Below are positions 9,361 through 19,036 of a DNA stretch of 44,522 bases, one piece after another; position 1 is the stretch's first letter; each line of letters opens with the position of its first letter. Below the pieces are notes generated by a model. It saw nothing but the letters and a program-made list of their open reading frames with translations, was not told where the DNA came from and ran no database searches. The DNA comes from Candidatus Eiseniibacteriota bacterium. GTDB lineage: Bacteria > Eisenbacteria > RBG-16-71-46. The stretch spans positions 1 through 44,522 of the forward strand of contig JBGAOA010000037.1 of NCBI GenBank assembly GCA_044222065.1, given 5' to 3'. The position numbers were made by a program, and so were the translations under genes.

Positions 9361-9681
9361 TCAACCTCCTGAGACCGCGGGCAGGATCGTGACGACGTCG
9401 CCGGGCCGGACGGGAGTGTCGAGCCCTTCGAGGTCGCGCACGTTGGACGAGTTCACGAACAGGTTCACGTGACGGCGCACCGCGCCCGTCTCGAGGCATA
9501 CGCCGCGATAGAGGCCGGGCCAGCGCCGTTCGATCGCGACGAGCACCGTGCGCACGTCGGGGGCGTCGTCGAGCGCGAGCTCGCGCGCGCCCTCGCACGT
9601 GTCGCGCAGGGGGCCGGGCACGAACACGGTCACGCCCACGGACGGCTCCGGGCGGACGTCACGACGGCGCTGGCCCGCCAT
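9361..9681 (-). CDS. MoaD/ThiS-family ubiquitin-like protein
   Basis: Beta-grasp pattern VFVPGPLR...VNLFVN...GDVVTILPAVSGG with terminal Gly-Gly; start may instead be GTG 9639. Confidence 0.88.
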   Translation of the reverse strand: MAGQRRRDVRPEPSVGVTVFVPGPLRDTCEGARELALDDAPDVRTVLVAIERRWPGLYRGVCLETGAVRRHVNLFVNSSNVRDLEGLDTPVRPGDVVTILPAVSGG

Positions 9682-9770
9682 GGGCGTGCGGCGCGTGCGG
9701 GTGTGCGGTGAGCGAGCTGCACGCCGCCAAGCTAATCGTTGCCACGGACCCCGACAACGCCTTTGTGACG

Positions 9771-9803
9771 ATCGCCGCGTCCCGGGGGTCGGAACGCGGC
9801 GAT
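9771..9803 (-). terminator. GC-rich hairpin downstream of the ABC permease gene
   Basis: Minus strand ATCGCCGCGTTCCG-ACCCC-CGGGACGCGGCGAT forms a 14-bp stem with one G-U pair; no U-tract. Confidence 0.45.
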
Positions 9804-9819
9804 GGCTCCCCGCCCCCGT

Positions 9820-11073
9820 TCACTCGTGCGCCATCGCCACCGACGGCGGGAGGCTCGCGGCCCGGCGGGCCGGATAGGTCCCGAACACGAGGCCGACGAA
9901 CGACGACGACAGCGTCGCGATGAGCACCGAGGTCCACGACAGCACCGGATACACCTCGGCGTGCGTCCACACGCGGAACAGCAACGTGAGGAGCGCCGCG
10001 AGCAGGAAGCCGACGACGAGCCCGGTCGCGGCGCCCGCGAGCGCGATCGCCACGGATTCGGCGAGGAACTGGGCGCGGATGTCGGCGCGGCGCGCGCCGA
10101 CGCTCTTGCGGATGCCGATCTCGCGCGTGCGCTCGGCCACCGAAGCGAGCAGCACGTTCATGATGCCGATGCCGCCGACGAGCAGCGAAATGCCGACGAG
10201 CGCGCCGACGAACACCTTCATGACGAGGAACGCCTGCTCGATCTCGTGGATCTGCTCGCGCCCCACCGTGACGAGCACGCGCTCGGCGCCGTTCGGGACG
10301 CGGCGCGCGAGCCAGTCGGCCGCCTCGCTCTCGACGGCGTCGATGCTCTCGACCGAGCCCGCGAGCAGCCGGATCGCCGGGCGGAAGCGCCCGTCGGGCG
10401 GCGGGACGAGCAGGGCGCGCGCCGAGCGGATCGGAGCGTAGACGACCCCGTTCGGGTCGTCGGGGTCCTCGAAGCCGGTCGCGGCGAGCACTCCGATCAC
10501 CCGCCGCGTTCGCGAGTGCACGCGCACGAGCTTCCCCGCCATCGAGTGCGGATCGCGGCCGGGCGACAGCTCGCGCGCGAGCGCGTAGTTGATCACGACG
10601 ACGGGCGCGTTGCGTTCGACCTCGGGCGCGACGAAGAAGCGGCCGGCGCCGAGCTCGAACGTGCCGAACTCGAGCATCGCCTCGGTGCCGAGGACGACGC
10701 TCGCCGCGCGCTCGATGCCGCCGTAGCGCACCCGCGCGGCGCCGCCGAGCAGGAGCGTCGCGGAACGCACGGCGGGGATCGAGCGCTCGAGCGCGCGCAC
10801 GTCGGCTTCGTCGAACACGGGCGCGTCGCGCACCGCCACCCACTCGCCGTGTTCGCGCACGCTCGTGCGCGGGCTCAGCGTGATGACCTGCACCGAGGTC
10901 TCGCGCTGGACGCGGTCGCGCACGTAGGTCATGAGGCCGTCGCTCAGCGCCATCGTCGCGACGAGCGCGGCCGAGCCGATCAGGATGCCGGTCACGGCGA
11001 GCAGCGTGCGCATCGGATGGATGCGCAGCGCCTCGATGCCCACGGATACGTTCGAGCGCAGCGTCTGGAGCAC
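9820..11073 (-). CDS. MacB/FtsX-family ABC transporter permease
   Basis: RTLLAVTGILIG, periplasmic domain, SLLVGGIGIMNVLLASVAERTREIGIRKSVGA, YPARRAA; GGAGG before GTG 11073. Confidence 0.9.
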   Translation of the reverse strand: MLQTLRSNVSVGIEALRIHPMRTLLAVTGILIGSAALVATMALSDGLMTYVRDRVQRETSVQVITLSPRTSVREHGEWVAVRDAPVFDEADVRALERSIPAVRSATLLLGGAARVRYGGIERAASVVLGTEAMLEFGTFELGAGRFFVAPEVERNAPVVVINYALARELSPGRDPHSMAGKLVRVHSRTRRVIGVLAATGFEDPDDPNGVVYAPIRSARALLVPPPDGRFRPAIRLLAGSVESIDAVESEAADWLARRVPNGAERVLVTVGREQIHEIEQAFLVMKVFVGALVGISLLVGGIGIMNVLLASVAERTREIGIRKSVGARRADIRAQFLAESVAIALAGAATGLVVGFLLAALLTLLFRVWTHAEVYPVLSWTSVLIATLSSSFVGLVFGTYPARRAASLPPSVAMAHE

Positions 11074-11200
11074 GCGTTCCGCCTCCGTTCGTCACGGCGT
11101 CGCGACGCGCGTCGCGGCCGACGATGCAGGTACGGAGCGGGACGAAAAGCGTCACGGCCCCGCATCCGGCAGGACGCGGGGCCGCGGGACGACCGTGGCG

Positions 11201-13000
11201 TCAGTGGACGACGAGCAACTTGGCGCTGGCCGAATGCGTCCCCGACGCGAGGTGCGCGAGGTAGAGCCCCGGCGCGAGCGCGGCGGCTCCGGGGATCGCG
11301 GCCGCGTGTTCGCCCGCGCCGAAGCGGCCCGAGGCGAGCGTCGCGACGCGCCTTCCCGCGAGGTCGAGCAGCTCGAGCCGCGCCTCCCCCGCCTCGGGCA
11401 GCGTGAAGCGCAGCACGCCGGAGCCGCGGACCGGATTCGGGCTCGCGGCGAGCGCGAGCGACGGCGGCGCGGCGTCCGTCCCGGCGTCGAGCGAGGCGGG
11501 CGCGAAGCCGCCGTAGAGCGAGAATCGTTTCGCGTAGACGTCCGCGTTCCCGGACGGGGTCTTCACGTACGTCGTGAGCAGCGTCGGCCCGAACGTGTTG
11601 GACGTCGTGCGCTGCAGCGTCAGCTCGGCGCACGTGGCGCCGGCGAACGTCGAGACGGCGAATCCCCCCGGATCGAATCCGAGCGTGCCGTCGGTCCCGA
11701 CGCGCTGCGCGTAGAGTCCGCCGCGCGAGTCGCGCCACAGCACGACGAACACGTCCACCGGCAGCGGGTAGCGCCGCAGGTCCTTGTCGAGCACGACGAC
11801 CGGGCGCTCCTGGGTGGACTCGAACGTCGAGACGCGAATGCCGTTGTGCGGGAAGGTCGAGACCGAGTCGATCAGCCGCTGCGCGTACACGCGCCAGCCG
11901 CTGCTCGTGCCGTAGTCGGACCACACCAGGAACGAGCCGCGCGTTCCGAGCGTGTAGCCCGGGCCGTCACCGCACGCCCCGAAGGCCCGGAACTCGCGCT
12001 GGTAGAGCGGCTGATCCACGATCTTCCGCGGCGGCCAACCCGAGGCGAGCTGGCCATCGTCCGCGTTCACGCGCGAGAACCAGATGTCGTCGGTCGTGCC
12101 GCCGATCGCCGAGTTGCCCGCCGTCGTGAAGAGCTGGAACGCGTCGGGGCTGTCGAGGTGCGCCTCGTGCGGCGTCGCCGCCATGACGAAGCCCGTGAAC
12201 CCGCCGCTCGTGCCGATGAACAGCCGGCCATTGATCCCCCAGCGCGGGACGCCATCGAGCGTGACGCGCTGGCCTCGCACGCCGCCCGAGCCCTGGAAGA
12301 ACACGACGATCGTGCTCTCGGCGGACGCGGCGTTCAGGATGTCCTCGTACTGGAGCACCGCGCCGGTGTTCACGCCCAGGCCGGCGAGGCCCCACGGCGT
12401 GCTGCCGTCGATCTCGACGCGCTGCAGGAACAGGTTGTCGTAGCCGCCCGTGGCGATCACGCCGATCGACAGGATGACCGACTCGGTCACCGGCTCGTTC
12501 GCGTGGGTCCGGAACGCCTTGTCCACGTGCAGGCTCGTCACGGACCCCGCGAACGCGAACACGCGCTTGCCGTTCGCACCCCAGAGCGGCGCGCCGTTGC
12601 CGTCGAGCCGCTGTGCGTAGACGTCGGTGTTGCGCGCGTCGATCCAGAAGACGATCACGCCGCCCTGGCCGTCCGCGACGAGGACCGGGTTCGTCTGGTT
12701 CGTGGCGGTGTCGCACACGGCGACGCCATTCGTGGTCCAGAGCGGCGTGCCGCCCTCGATCGAAATCGCCTGTGCGTAGATGTCGCTGCCGGTGGTGGCG
12801 CTGTTGCGCTGGTCGCGCCACGCGGCGACGAGCGCGCGCTCGCCGTTCAGCACCGCAATCGAAGCCGAGGTCTGGTCCTGAGCGCCCGAGGCCGTGCAGA
12901 CCGGGAGGTCGGCGGCCGCCGTGGTGGGCCACTGGGCCCTGGCGGGGGATGGGACGAACGTGAGCGTGAGCAGGGCGATTCGGAGCGCGGTGCGACGCAT
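11201..13000 (-). CDS. Secreted repeat (probable beta-propeller) protein with short T9SS-like C-terminal domain
   Basis: Signal peptide ending PARA; eight D[IV]YAQR-like repeats; C-terminal SPNP...LDLAGRRVATL...PGLY. Confidence 0.75.
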   Translation of the reverse strand: MRRTALRIALLTLTFVPSPARAQWPTTAAADLPVCTASGAQDQTSASIAVLNGERALVAAWRDQRNSATTGSDIYAQAISIEGGTPLWTTNGVAVCDTATNQTNPVLVADGQGGVIVFWIDARNTDVYAQRLDGNGAPLWGANGKRVFAFAGSVTSLHVDKAFRTHANEPVTESVILSIGVIATGGYDNLFLQRVEIDGSTPWGLAGLGVNTGAVLQYEDILNAASAESTIVVFFQGSGGVRGQRVTLDGVPRWGINGRLFIGTSGGFTGFVMAATPHEAHLDSPDAFQLFTTAGNSAIGGTTDDIWFSRVNADDGQLASGWPPRKIVDQPLYQREFRAFGACGDGPGYTLGTRGSFLVWSDYGTSSGWRVYAQRLIDSVSTFPHNGIRVSTFESTQERPVVVLDKDLRRYPLPVDVFVVLWRDSRGGLYAQRVGTDGTLGFDPGGFAVSTFAGATCAELTLQRTTSNTFGPTLLTTYVKTPSGNADVYAKRFSLYGGFAPASLDAGTDAAPPSLALAASPNPVRGSGVLRFTLPEAGEARLELLDLAGRRVATLASGRFGAGEHAAAIPGAAALAPGLYLAHLASGTHSASAKLLVVH

Positions 13001-13294
13001 GGCGGACGAGTCCTCGGAGCCTGTGGGGAGAAGGGCGACGTTCGGGCGCCCGGAGCGCCTTCGGTCCTCCAACGCACGGGCCGCCGGAAAGCGCACGCGC
13101 GGTCTCGAAGCTCCCGGTCTCGCGAGGGACGGTTTCGGTGCGCTCGCGGTCCTTCCCCGCCGGCGCTTCGCACGACCGGATTCGCGGCCGCGGCCATCGG
13201 ACCGTTTCCCTTCGACGCCGCGCCGCGGAGTGTCGGTGGCCCCGCGCGTCGGCCTCGGTCGGCGCCCCCGGTTCCTGCCGGGCGCCGGGGATGT

Positions 13295-13717
13295 TCAGTC
13301 GTTCAACGCCTGCTTGATCGCCGCCCGGAGCAGGTTGTTTCGGATCGGCTTCTGGAAGTAGGCGACGGCGCCCGCTTCGAGTGCGCGCGAACGTTCGGCG
13401 ACCGGGTCGCGCGCGGACAGGACGACGATCGGGATGGCCGAGAGTTCCGGGATCGACTGCAGGCACTTCATGACCGCGTAGCCGTCGCCGCCGGGAAGCC
13501 CGAGGTCGAGCAGGATCAGGTTCGGGCGCTGCGTCCGTGCGATGCGGAGCGCGCCCGGGACGTCGGCCGCGAAGACCGGATCCGAACCTTCGTGCCGCAG
13601 TCGCTGAGCGAGGGCGCTGCGGGCGTCATCGTCGTCTTCGACGACCAGGATCCGGGGTCGTCGCTTGGCCACGGGGTTCAGGTCCCCGGAGTGCCTGGTG
13701 CCGAGGTGGTGTGACAT
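13295..13717 (-). CDS. Single-domain response regulator
   Basis: ILVVEDD, LILLDLGLP, LSA, FQKP; AAGGAG RBS before ATG 13717 (alternative GTG 13672). Confidence 0.88.
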   Translation of the reverse strand: MSHHLGTRHSGDLNPVAKRRPRILVVEDDDDARSALAQRLRHEGSDPVFAADVPGALRIARTQRPNLILLDLGLPGGDGYAVMKCLQSIPELSAIPIVVLSARDPVAERSRALEAGAVAYFQKPIRNNLLRAAIKQALND

Positions 13718-15603
13718 GCGGCCTCTCCTTGTGAAGGTTGAAGGAAGTACTGCGACAGACGCGACTCGATTTCCGAGGTCGGCGTCAGGTGGTCTTCCGA
13801 CGTGAGCGGAAGGAAGTCCACGATCGCCTTGACCGCGGACTCGCTCGCGCCGGGCTCCAAACGGAGTCGCGCTCGAATCTCCTTGCGCACGGATGGCCAG
13901 CTGGACGACTCGGTCGAGAGGATCGCGCCCAGGTGGGTCACGGATCCCACCTGAACGCGGGGCAGCACCCGGTGAGGACGTCCACCGAGCGAAGACTGGA
14001 TGCGGTCATTGAGATCCCACAGCGTGCTGTCCGGGAGCGGCTCGCTCGGGTCGCCCTCGAGCCACCCGACCCGGACGCGCAGCGCCATGAGCTTCCGGCG
14101 GCTCGAGACCTCGGTCGCGAGCGGTTCGAGGAGCGCGGAGAGCGAGAACACCGGAAGCAGCACGTCGAACGACGCGCCTTTGCCCATCTCGCTGCGCAGA
14201 CGGATCTCGCCATTGAGCGCCCTCACGAGTTCCCGGGTGATGAACAGCCCGAGCCCGAGGCCGCGCCGGCTCCGGTACAACGAGTCCGGCACCTGGTGGA
14301 GCTGCTCGAAGATCCGTTCGGCATGCTCGGGCGGCACTCCGCATCCGGTGTCGCTCACGCGAATGAGGACGCGTTCGCCACCGGGTTCGAGTTCGGCGTG
14401 GATCCGCACGCTTCCCGGTGCGTGCGTGAACTTGAGCGCGTTGTCGACGAGGTTCGTCAGGATCTGCCGGACGCGCGTCGGATCGGCGAGGACCGGCGGC
14501 AGCGTCGTGGGGATGTCGCCGGAGAACTTCAGGCCGCGCTCGCGCGCCGATGCCCGCAGCACGTCGAAGAGCCGGTGCGTCTCCTGCGCGAGGTGGATCA
14601 CCTGCGGCTCGATGCGCAGCTTGCCCGCCTGGCTGCGCGCGACCTCGAGCAGGTTCGCGATCATCGCCAGCACTTCGTCCACGTTTCGCAGCGCCGCGCG
14701 GAGGCTCCCTTCCTGATCCTCGTTCACGGGTCCGAGGATGCCGTCACCGACGTTGCTCACGAACTGGTAGATCGCGGCGAGCGGCGTGCGGAGTTCGTGG
14801 GACACGTTCCCGAGGAAGCCGGTGAGGATGTCGAGCCGCATCTGCCGGTCGGCCGCGCGGCGGCGCTCGCTCACGTCCCGCAGCGACACGAGCCGCGCGC
14901 ATTCGTCCCGCCATCGGACGTGGGTGATTCGCATCTCGGCGACGACGACCGATCCGTCGTCGCGGCGGATCTCCTGCTCGACCTCGAGACCGGATTCGAA
15001 TGGCAGTCCGAAGGGCTTGCCGATCTGCGCCCCCGGCGGCCAGCCGAAGAGCGACTCGGCCGTTTCGTTGGCGTATCGCACGGCGCCTCCATCCCCCACC
15101 ACGACGAGCGCTTCGGTCGCGCCGAGGAGGAGGCGGCGGAGGTTCTCGCCGTCGGAGAGCGACGACAGCACGTTGTCCCGCATCTTGCGGACGAGTCGCT
15201 GGCGCTCGATCGCGAGCCCGAGAGCGTGACGCAGCCGCTCGCCGGTGAGTTCGTCGCGGTGCAGCAGGTCCTGCGCTCCGAGCCGGGCGAGTTCGAGTCC
15301 CGACGCGGTCGGGTCCCGATCGGCGATCACGAGGACCGGCGGGCCGTGGCTTCCCGCGAGCGCGCTCGCCACGACGCGCGCACCGCAGGCGTCGGGCGTC
15401 TGCAGTTCGACGAGGATCGCGTCGATGGACGGATCTCGCAGCAGCGACGCCGCGTCCTCCACGTGCGTCGCGTGAACCAGGTCGAAGTGCTCGATCCCGT
15501 TCCCGAGCACGTCCCCCAGCGGTCTCGCGCCGGGCGGGCGATCGTCGAGAACGAGCACTCTCAAACGCGTTGGCGCTTCCCCGAGCGCCTCGGAATCGTG
15601 CAC
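13678..15603 (-). CDS. Cytoplasmic hybrid histidine kinase (degenerate REC - PAS - HisKA - HATPase - C-terminal extension)
   Basis: SHELRTPL, NLVDNALKF, DTGCG, GLGLGL; PAS-like YANETAESLFG; AGGAGG before GTG 15603; no TM segments. Confidence 0.9.
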   Translation of the reverse strand: MHDSEALGEAPTRLRVLVLDDRPPGARPLGDVLGNGIEHFDLVHATHVEDAASLLRDPSIDAILVELQTPDACGARVVASALAGSHGPPVLVIADRDPTASGLELARLGAQDLLHRDELTGERLRHALGLAIERQRLVRKMRDNVLSSLSDGENLRRLLLGATEALVVVGDGGAVRYANETAESLFGWPPGAQIGKPFGLPFESGLEVEQEIRRDDGSVVVAEMRITHVRWRDECARLVSLRDVSERRRAADRQMRLDILTGFLGNVSHELRTPLAAIYQFVSNVGDGILGPVNEDQEGSLRAALRNVDEVLAMIANLLEVARSQAGKLRIEPQVIHLAQETHRLFDVLRASARERGLKFSGDIPTTLPPVLADPTRVRQILTNLVDNALKFTHAPGSVRIHAELEPGGERVLIRVSDTGCGVPPEHAERIFEQLHQVPDSLYRSRRGLGLGLFITRELVRALNGEIRLRSEMGKGASFDVLLPVFSLSALLEPLATEVSSRRKLMALRVRVGWLEGDPSEPLPDSTLWDLNDRIQSSLGGRPHRVLPRVQVGSVTHLGAILSTESSSWPSVRKEIRARLRLEPGASESAVKAIVDFLPLTSEDHLTPTSEIESRLSQYFLQPSQGEAACHTTSAPGTPGT

Positions 15604-15917
15604 GGTGGCCTCCTGCCTGAGACCGATTCGAAATGGCGAGCGGGGAGTCGCTAGTTTCGGCGTGATCTCGAGAAGCTTGAGGTCCCCCGTCGACGCGCGG
15701 CGAAATGCCAGCGGACGATTGCAGAGGCGACCGGAGGCGGTGCGCGGGTCGCGCGCTCCGCGAGGCGGCGCCGTCGCGCGAACTCCGTGAGTTGCACGGA
15801 CTCACGACGCCGGCGCCCGGGCCGGCGGGCGACTGGGCCTTCTCTTGCACACGCGGCTCGCTTTCAACCGCTTTCGGACCCGGACGACGTCCCGGATCGA
15901 CGCAAAGGAGCGCAGCG

Positions 15918-16295
15918 ATGTCGGAGAAGATCCTCCTCGTGGAAGACGACGCGGACCTGCACCTCGGACTGGCGCTGCGTTTGCGTTCGAGAGGGTTCGA
16001 AGTGCTGAGCGCCCTCTCGGCCCGCGAGGTGCTGCCGATCGCGATGACGCAGCAGCCGCATCTCATCCTGCTCGACATCGGCCTGCCCGACGAGGACGGC
16101 CACGCGGTCGCAAGCGCGCTCGGGGACTACGAAGAGACGCGGGGAATCCCGATCGTCTACCTGACCGCGCGGCACGAGACCTCTCACCGCATCCGGGCGG
16201 AGTCCCTTCGCGCCTCGGCCTACCTCGTGAAGCCCTGCCGTCCCGAACGGCTGTTCGACGTCATCGAGGGAGTCCTCGACGCCCGGAGACGCTGA
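15918..16295 (+). CDS. Single-domain response regulator
   Basis: MSEKILLVEDD, LILLDIGLP, LTA, LVKP; AAAGGAG RBS. Confidence 0.9.
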   Translation: MSEKILLVEDDADLHLGLALRLRSRGFEVLSALSAREVLPIAMTQQPHLILLDIGLPDEDGHAVASALGDYEETRGIPIVYLTARHETSHRIRAESLRASAYLVKPCRPERLFDVIEGVLDARRR

Positions 16296-16355
16296 AGCCG
16301 GTCGGCGCTCCCGTCGGAACGTTCCGGGCGCCGCGGCGGGCGTTCGCGAGCGCGC

Positions 16356-17600
16356 TCAGCGCGCGGCGGAGCGGGCGGCGCGGAGCCGCGACAGCGCGGG
16401 TTCGAGCGCGAGGTGTCCGGCCGCGACCACGAGCCCGACCGCCAGGCAGCCGATCCACAGCGCGCCCGAGCCCCAGCGCTGCATCACGTTCGTGCCGATG
16501 AGCGGCGCGACGAACGACGCGAGTCCGAACGTGATGCCGTACGCGCCCTGGTAGCGCCCGCGCATCTCGGGCAGGGCGATGTCGGCGACGACGGCGTTTC
16601 CGATCGGGAGCACCGCGATCTCGCCGAGCGTCCACACGACGACGCCGAGCGCGAACAGCGCCTGGCCGTGGGCGAACGCCGTGAATCCGAATCCGAGCCC
16701 GACGAGCGCCGCGCCGCACGCCATCACGCGCGAGCGGTTGCGTCGTGAGAGCGCCGGCGCGGCGAACGGCTGCACGAGCACGATGAGCACGCCGTTGAGC
16801 GCGAGGATCGCGCCGAGCGCCGCGCGCGGCACGCCGCGCGCCGTCAGGTCGATCGGGAGTGCCGCGAAGTGCTGCATGAAGACGAGCATCAGCAGCCAGC
16901 TCAGGAACACGAAGGCGAGGAACGGCCGGTCGCGGTACGGCGCGAAGAACCCGCTCACCAGCCCCGCGCGCCGCGGCGCCCCCTCGCCCGCCGGATGCGC
17001 GGGCCGGGTCTCGGGCACGAGCCGCCACACGAGGAACGCGAACGCGAGGCTCGTGAGTCCGTCGCCGACGAATAGCCACGTGAACGACGCCGAGGCGAGC
17101 AGTCCGCCGACCGTGAGTCCGATCGAGAAGCCGAGGTTGATGACCCAGTAGACGAGGCCGAAGGCGCGCAACCGGTCCGCGGTCGGCACGAGGTCGGCGA
17201 CCGCGGCCTGCATCGCGGGCCGGTACGACTCGCCGACCGCGGCGACGACGAAGCACGCGGGCGCGATCACCGCGAGGTCGCGCGCGAAGCCGAGCGCGAT
17301 CATGCCGAGCCCGCCGAGCGCGAGCGCGCCGATGAGCGTCGCGCGGCGGCCGACGTGGTCGGCGAGGTAGCCGCCGAGCGGGCTCGCGACCGCGGCCCCC
17401 GCGCCGTACACCGCCGCGACGATGCCGGCCTCGGCGACCGACGCGCCGCGCGCCTCGGTCAGGTAGAGCGCGAGGAACGGCACGACGAAGCTGCCCGCGC
17501 GGTTCACGAGCGTGCCGCACCACAGCACCCAGAACGTGTGCGGCAGGCCGCCGCCGATGTCGCTCGCGCGCCGGCGCAGCGCCTCTCGCAAGGCGCTCAT
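16356..17600 (-). CDS. MFS transporter (MdtH/DHA-like)
   Basis: About 12 TM helices; motif A GGYLADHVGRR; MRGRYQG. Confidence 0.9.
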   Translation of the reverse strand: MSALREALRRRASDIGGGLPHTFWVLWCGTLVNRAGSFVVPFLALYLTEARGASVAEAGIVAAVYGAGAAVASPLGGYLADHVGRRATLIGALALGGLGMIALGFARDLAVIAPACFVVAAVGESYRPAMQAAVADLVPTADRLRAFGLVYWVINLGFSIGLTVGGLLASASFTWLFVGDGLTSLAFAFLVWRLVPETRPAHPAGEGAPRRAGLVSGFFAPYRDRPFLAFVFLSWLLMLVFMQHFAALPIDLTARGVPRAALGAILALNGVLIVLVQPFAAPALSRRNRSRVMACGAALVGLGFGFTAFAHGQALFALGVVVWTLGEIAVLPIGNAVVADIALPEMRGRYQGAYGITFGLASFVAPLIGTNVMQRWGSGALWIGCLAVGLVVAAGHLALEPALSRLRAARSAAR

Positions 17601-17814
17601 CGCTCGAGAGTTTCGGTGACGGGGAGGCGCATGCGGGGCTCCACGGGGCGTGGGGTGCGGACGGCGAGCGCGCGACTGTCCGGCATGTCCCGCACCCACG
17701 CAAGCGCGGGAGCTTCGCTCCGTAACGACGACGCGCCCGCCGGACTGCGACGGGCGCGCGTGCGTGGGGAACTCCGCGGGGCCTCCCCCGAAGCCGCCGC
17801 GGTGCGCGGCTCCG

Positions 17815-18750
17815 CTACTTCGCGAGGCCGAACAACGTGGACGGCACCCAGCCTTCGTTGCCGAGTTCGTCCGAGACCTTCCACCAGATGCCGTCCTTCT
17901 CGCCGCTCGGGTACAGCATCATGCCGGCATCGAGGTCGCGCACGACTTTGGCCTTCGTGTCGGGCTTCTCGTACATGCGTCCCGGTTTCGACATCGTCAC
18001 CGACTGGGCGACGTTGTCGGCCCTGGCGTTCGGCGTGTTCTGCTGCACCTCCGCGACGAGCTTCTTGAACGCGTCCAAGTACGCCATCGCGACGACCTGC
18101 CCGATCTCGGTGTTCGCGTAGCTGCTCGCGCCCGCGGCCGCGAAGCCGCCCCAGAACGCGCCGCCCGCCGCACCCCAGCCGAGGTCGGTCTTCTTCGCGT
18201 GCCCCTGCACGACGGCGACCTGCTCGGTCGAGCGCACGTCGGTGAGCGTCAGCACGACGTCGGCCGTCTTGCTCTTCAGGCTCACGCCGCCGAGCAGCGC
18301 GCCGGCCCGGCCGCCGACGAGCCCGCCGACGAGTCCGCCGATCTTGCTGCCGCCCGAGTTCGAGTTCTTGTTCGCGATGTCGGGCACGAGCACGTAGTCG
18401 GCCGCCTTCATCTGACCCTTGCCGATGTTCGAGCCGCCGCGCATCTCGCCGCCCGCGGCGAGCGCGCGCTCTTTCTGCGCCATCGCGAGCCCCTTGCCGC
18501 GGTCCACGAGCGAGAAGCACTTGCACTGCGCCACGTACACCTTGAGCAGCGCCTCGGGCGATTCCAGGTTGTACTGGAGCCACCACTTCGTCTCGGGCTC
18601 GGCGACGGCCAGCGTGCCGATCTTCTCGGCGCACACCGGGATCTCGGGGTCCGGCGCGTCCTTCGCCCCGGCGCGCGGCGCCGCCGCGAGCGAGAGCGCG
18701 AGCGCGGCGGCGATCGCCCTGCGACGAAGTGCGAAGCGGATTCCGACCAT
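17815..18750 (-). CDS. Secreted CsgG/HfaB-family protein with C-terminal bacterial SH3-like domain
   Basis: Signal peptide ending AGA; CFSLVDRG...ERALAAGGE...GKGQMKAADY; Gly-rich hairpins; C-terminal DGIWWKV...EGWVPS; GAGGAGG RBS. Confidence 0.75.
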   Translation of the reverse strand: MVGIRFALRRRAIAAALALSLAAAPRAGAKDAPDPEIPVCAEKIGTLAVAEPETKWWLQYNLESPEALLKVYVAQCKCFSLVDRGKGLAMAQKERALAAGGEMRGGSNIGKGQMKAADYVLVPDIANKNSNSGGSKIGGLVGGLVGGRAGALLGGVSLKSKTADVVLTLTDVRSTEQVAVVQGHAKKTDLGWGAAGGAFWGGFAAAGASSYANTEIGQVVAMAYLDAFKKLVAEVQQNTPNARADNVAQSVTMSKPGRMYEKPDTKAKVVRDLDAGMMLYPSGEKDGIWWKVSDELGNEGWVPSTLFGLAK

Positions 18751-18950
18751 GACGTGTCCCTCCTCTGGAGTCGCGCGTGAGTCACCGTGTGACCCCTCCG
18801 TCCGACGGCGAGCGCACCCGGGAGCCGGGCGGCCGGAGGGGCCTTCACCCGCCATTGCGCGGCGCGGGGCCCGGGACCGTCACGACTGCCGATCGCGTCC
18901 TCTCCGGAGCGTCCGATCCGCGGGACGCGGGCCCTGGAGGCGAGAAAAGA

Positions 18951-18975
18951 ACTTTGTTTGGCAGCCGAACATAGT
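18951..18975. promoter_or_regulatory. ROK/XylR-type operator, copy 1
   Basis: ACTTTGTTTG-GCAGC-CGAACATAGT, an imperfect 25-bp palindrome and AT-rich island upstream of the operon containing the ROK gene. Confidence 0.8.
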
Positions 18976-18982
18976 CTAGGAT
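18954..18982 (+). promoter_or_regulatory. Putative sigma70-type promoter overlapped by operator 1
   Basis: TTGTTT (18954-18959), 17-bp spacer, TAGGAT (18977-18982). Confidence 0.45.
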
Positions 18983-19036
18983 TTCGTCCGCGACGGGCGG
19001 AAACGCCGGAAGTCCCTCTCCACGGGAGGTCGGACC

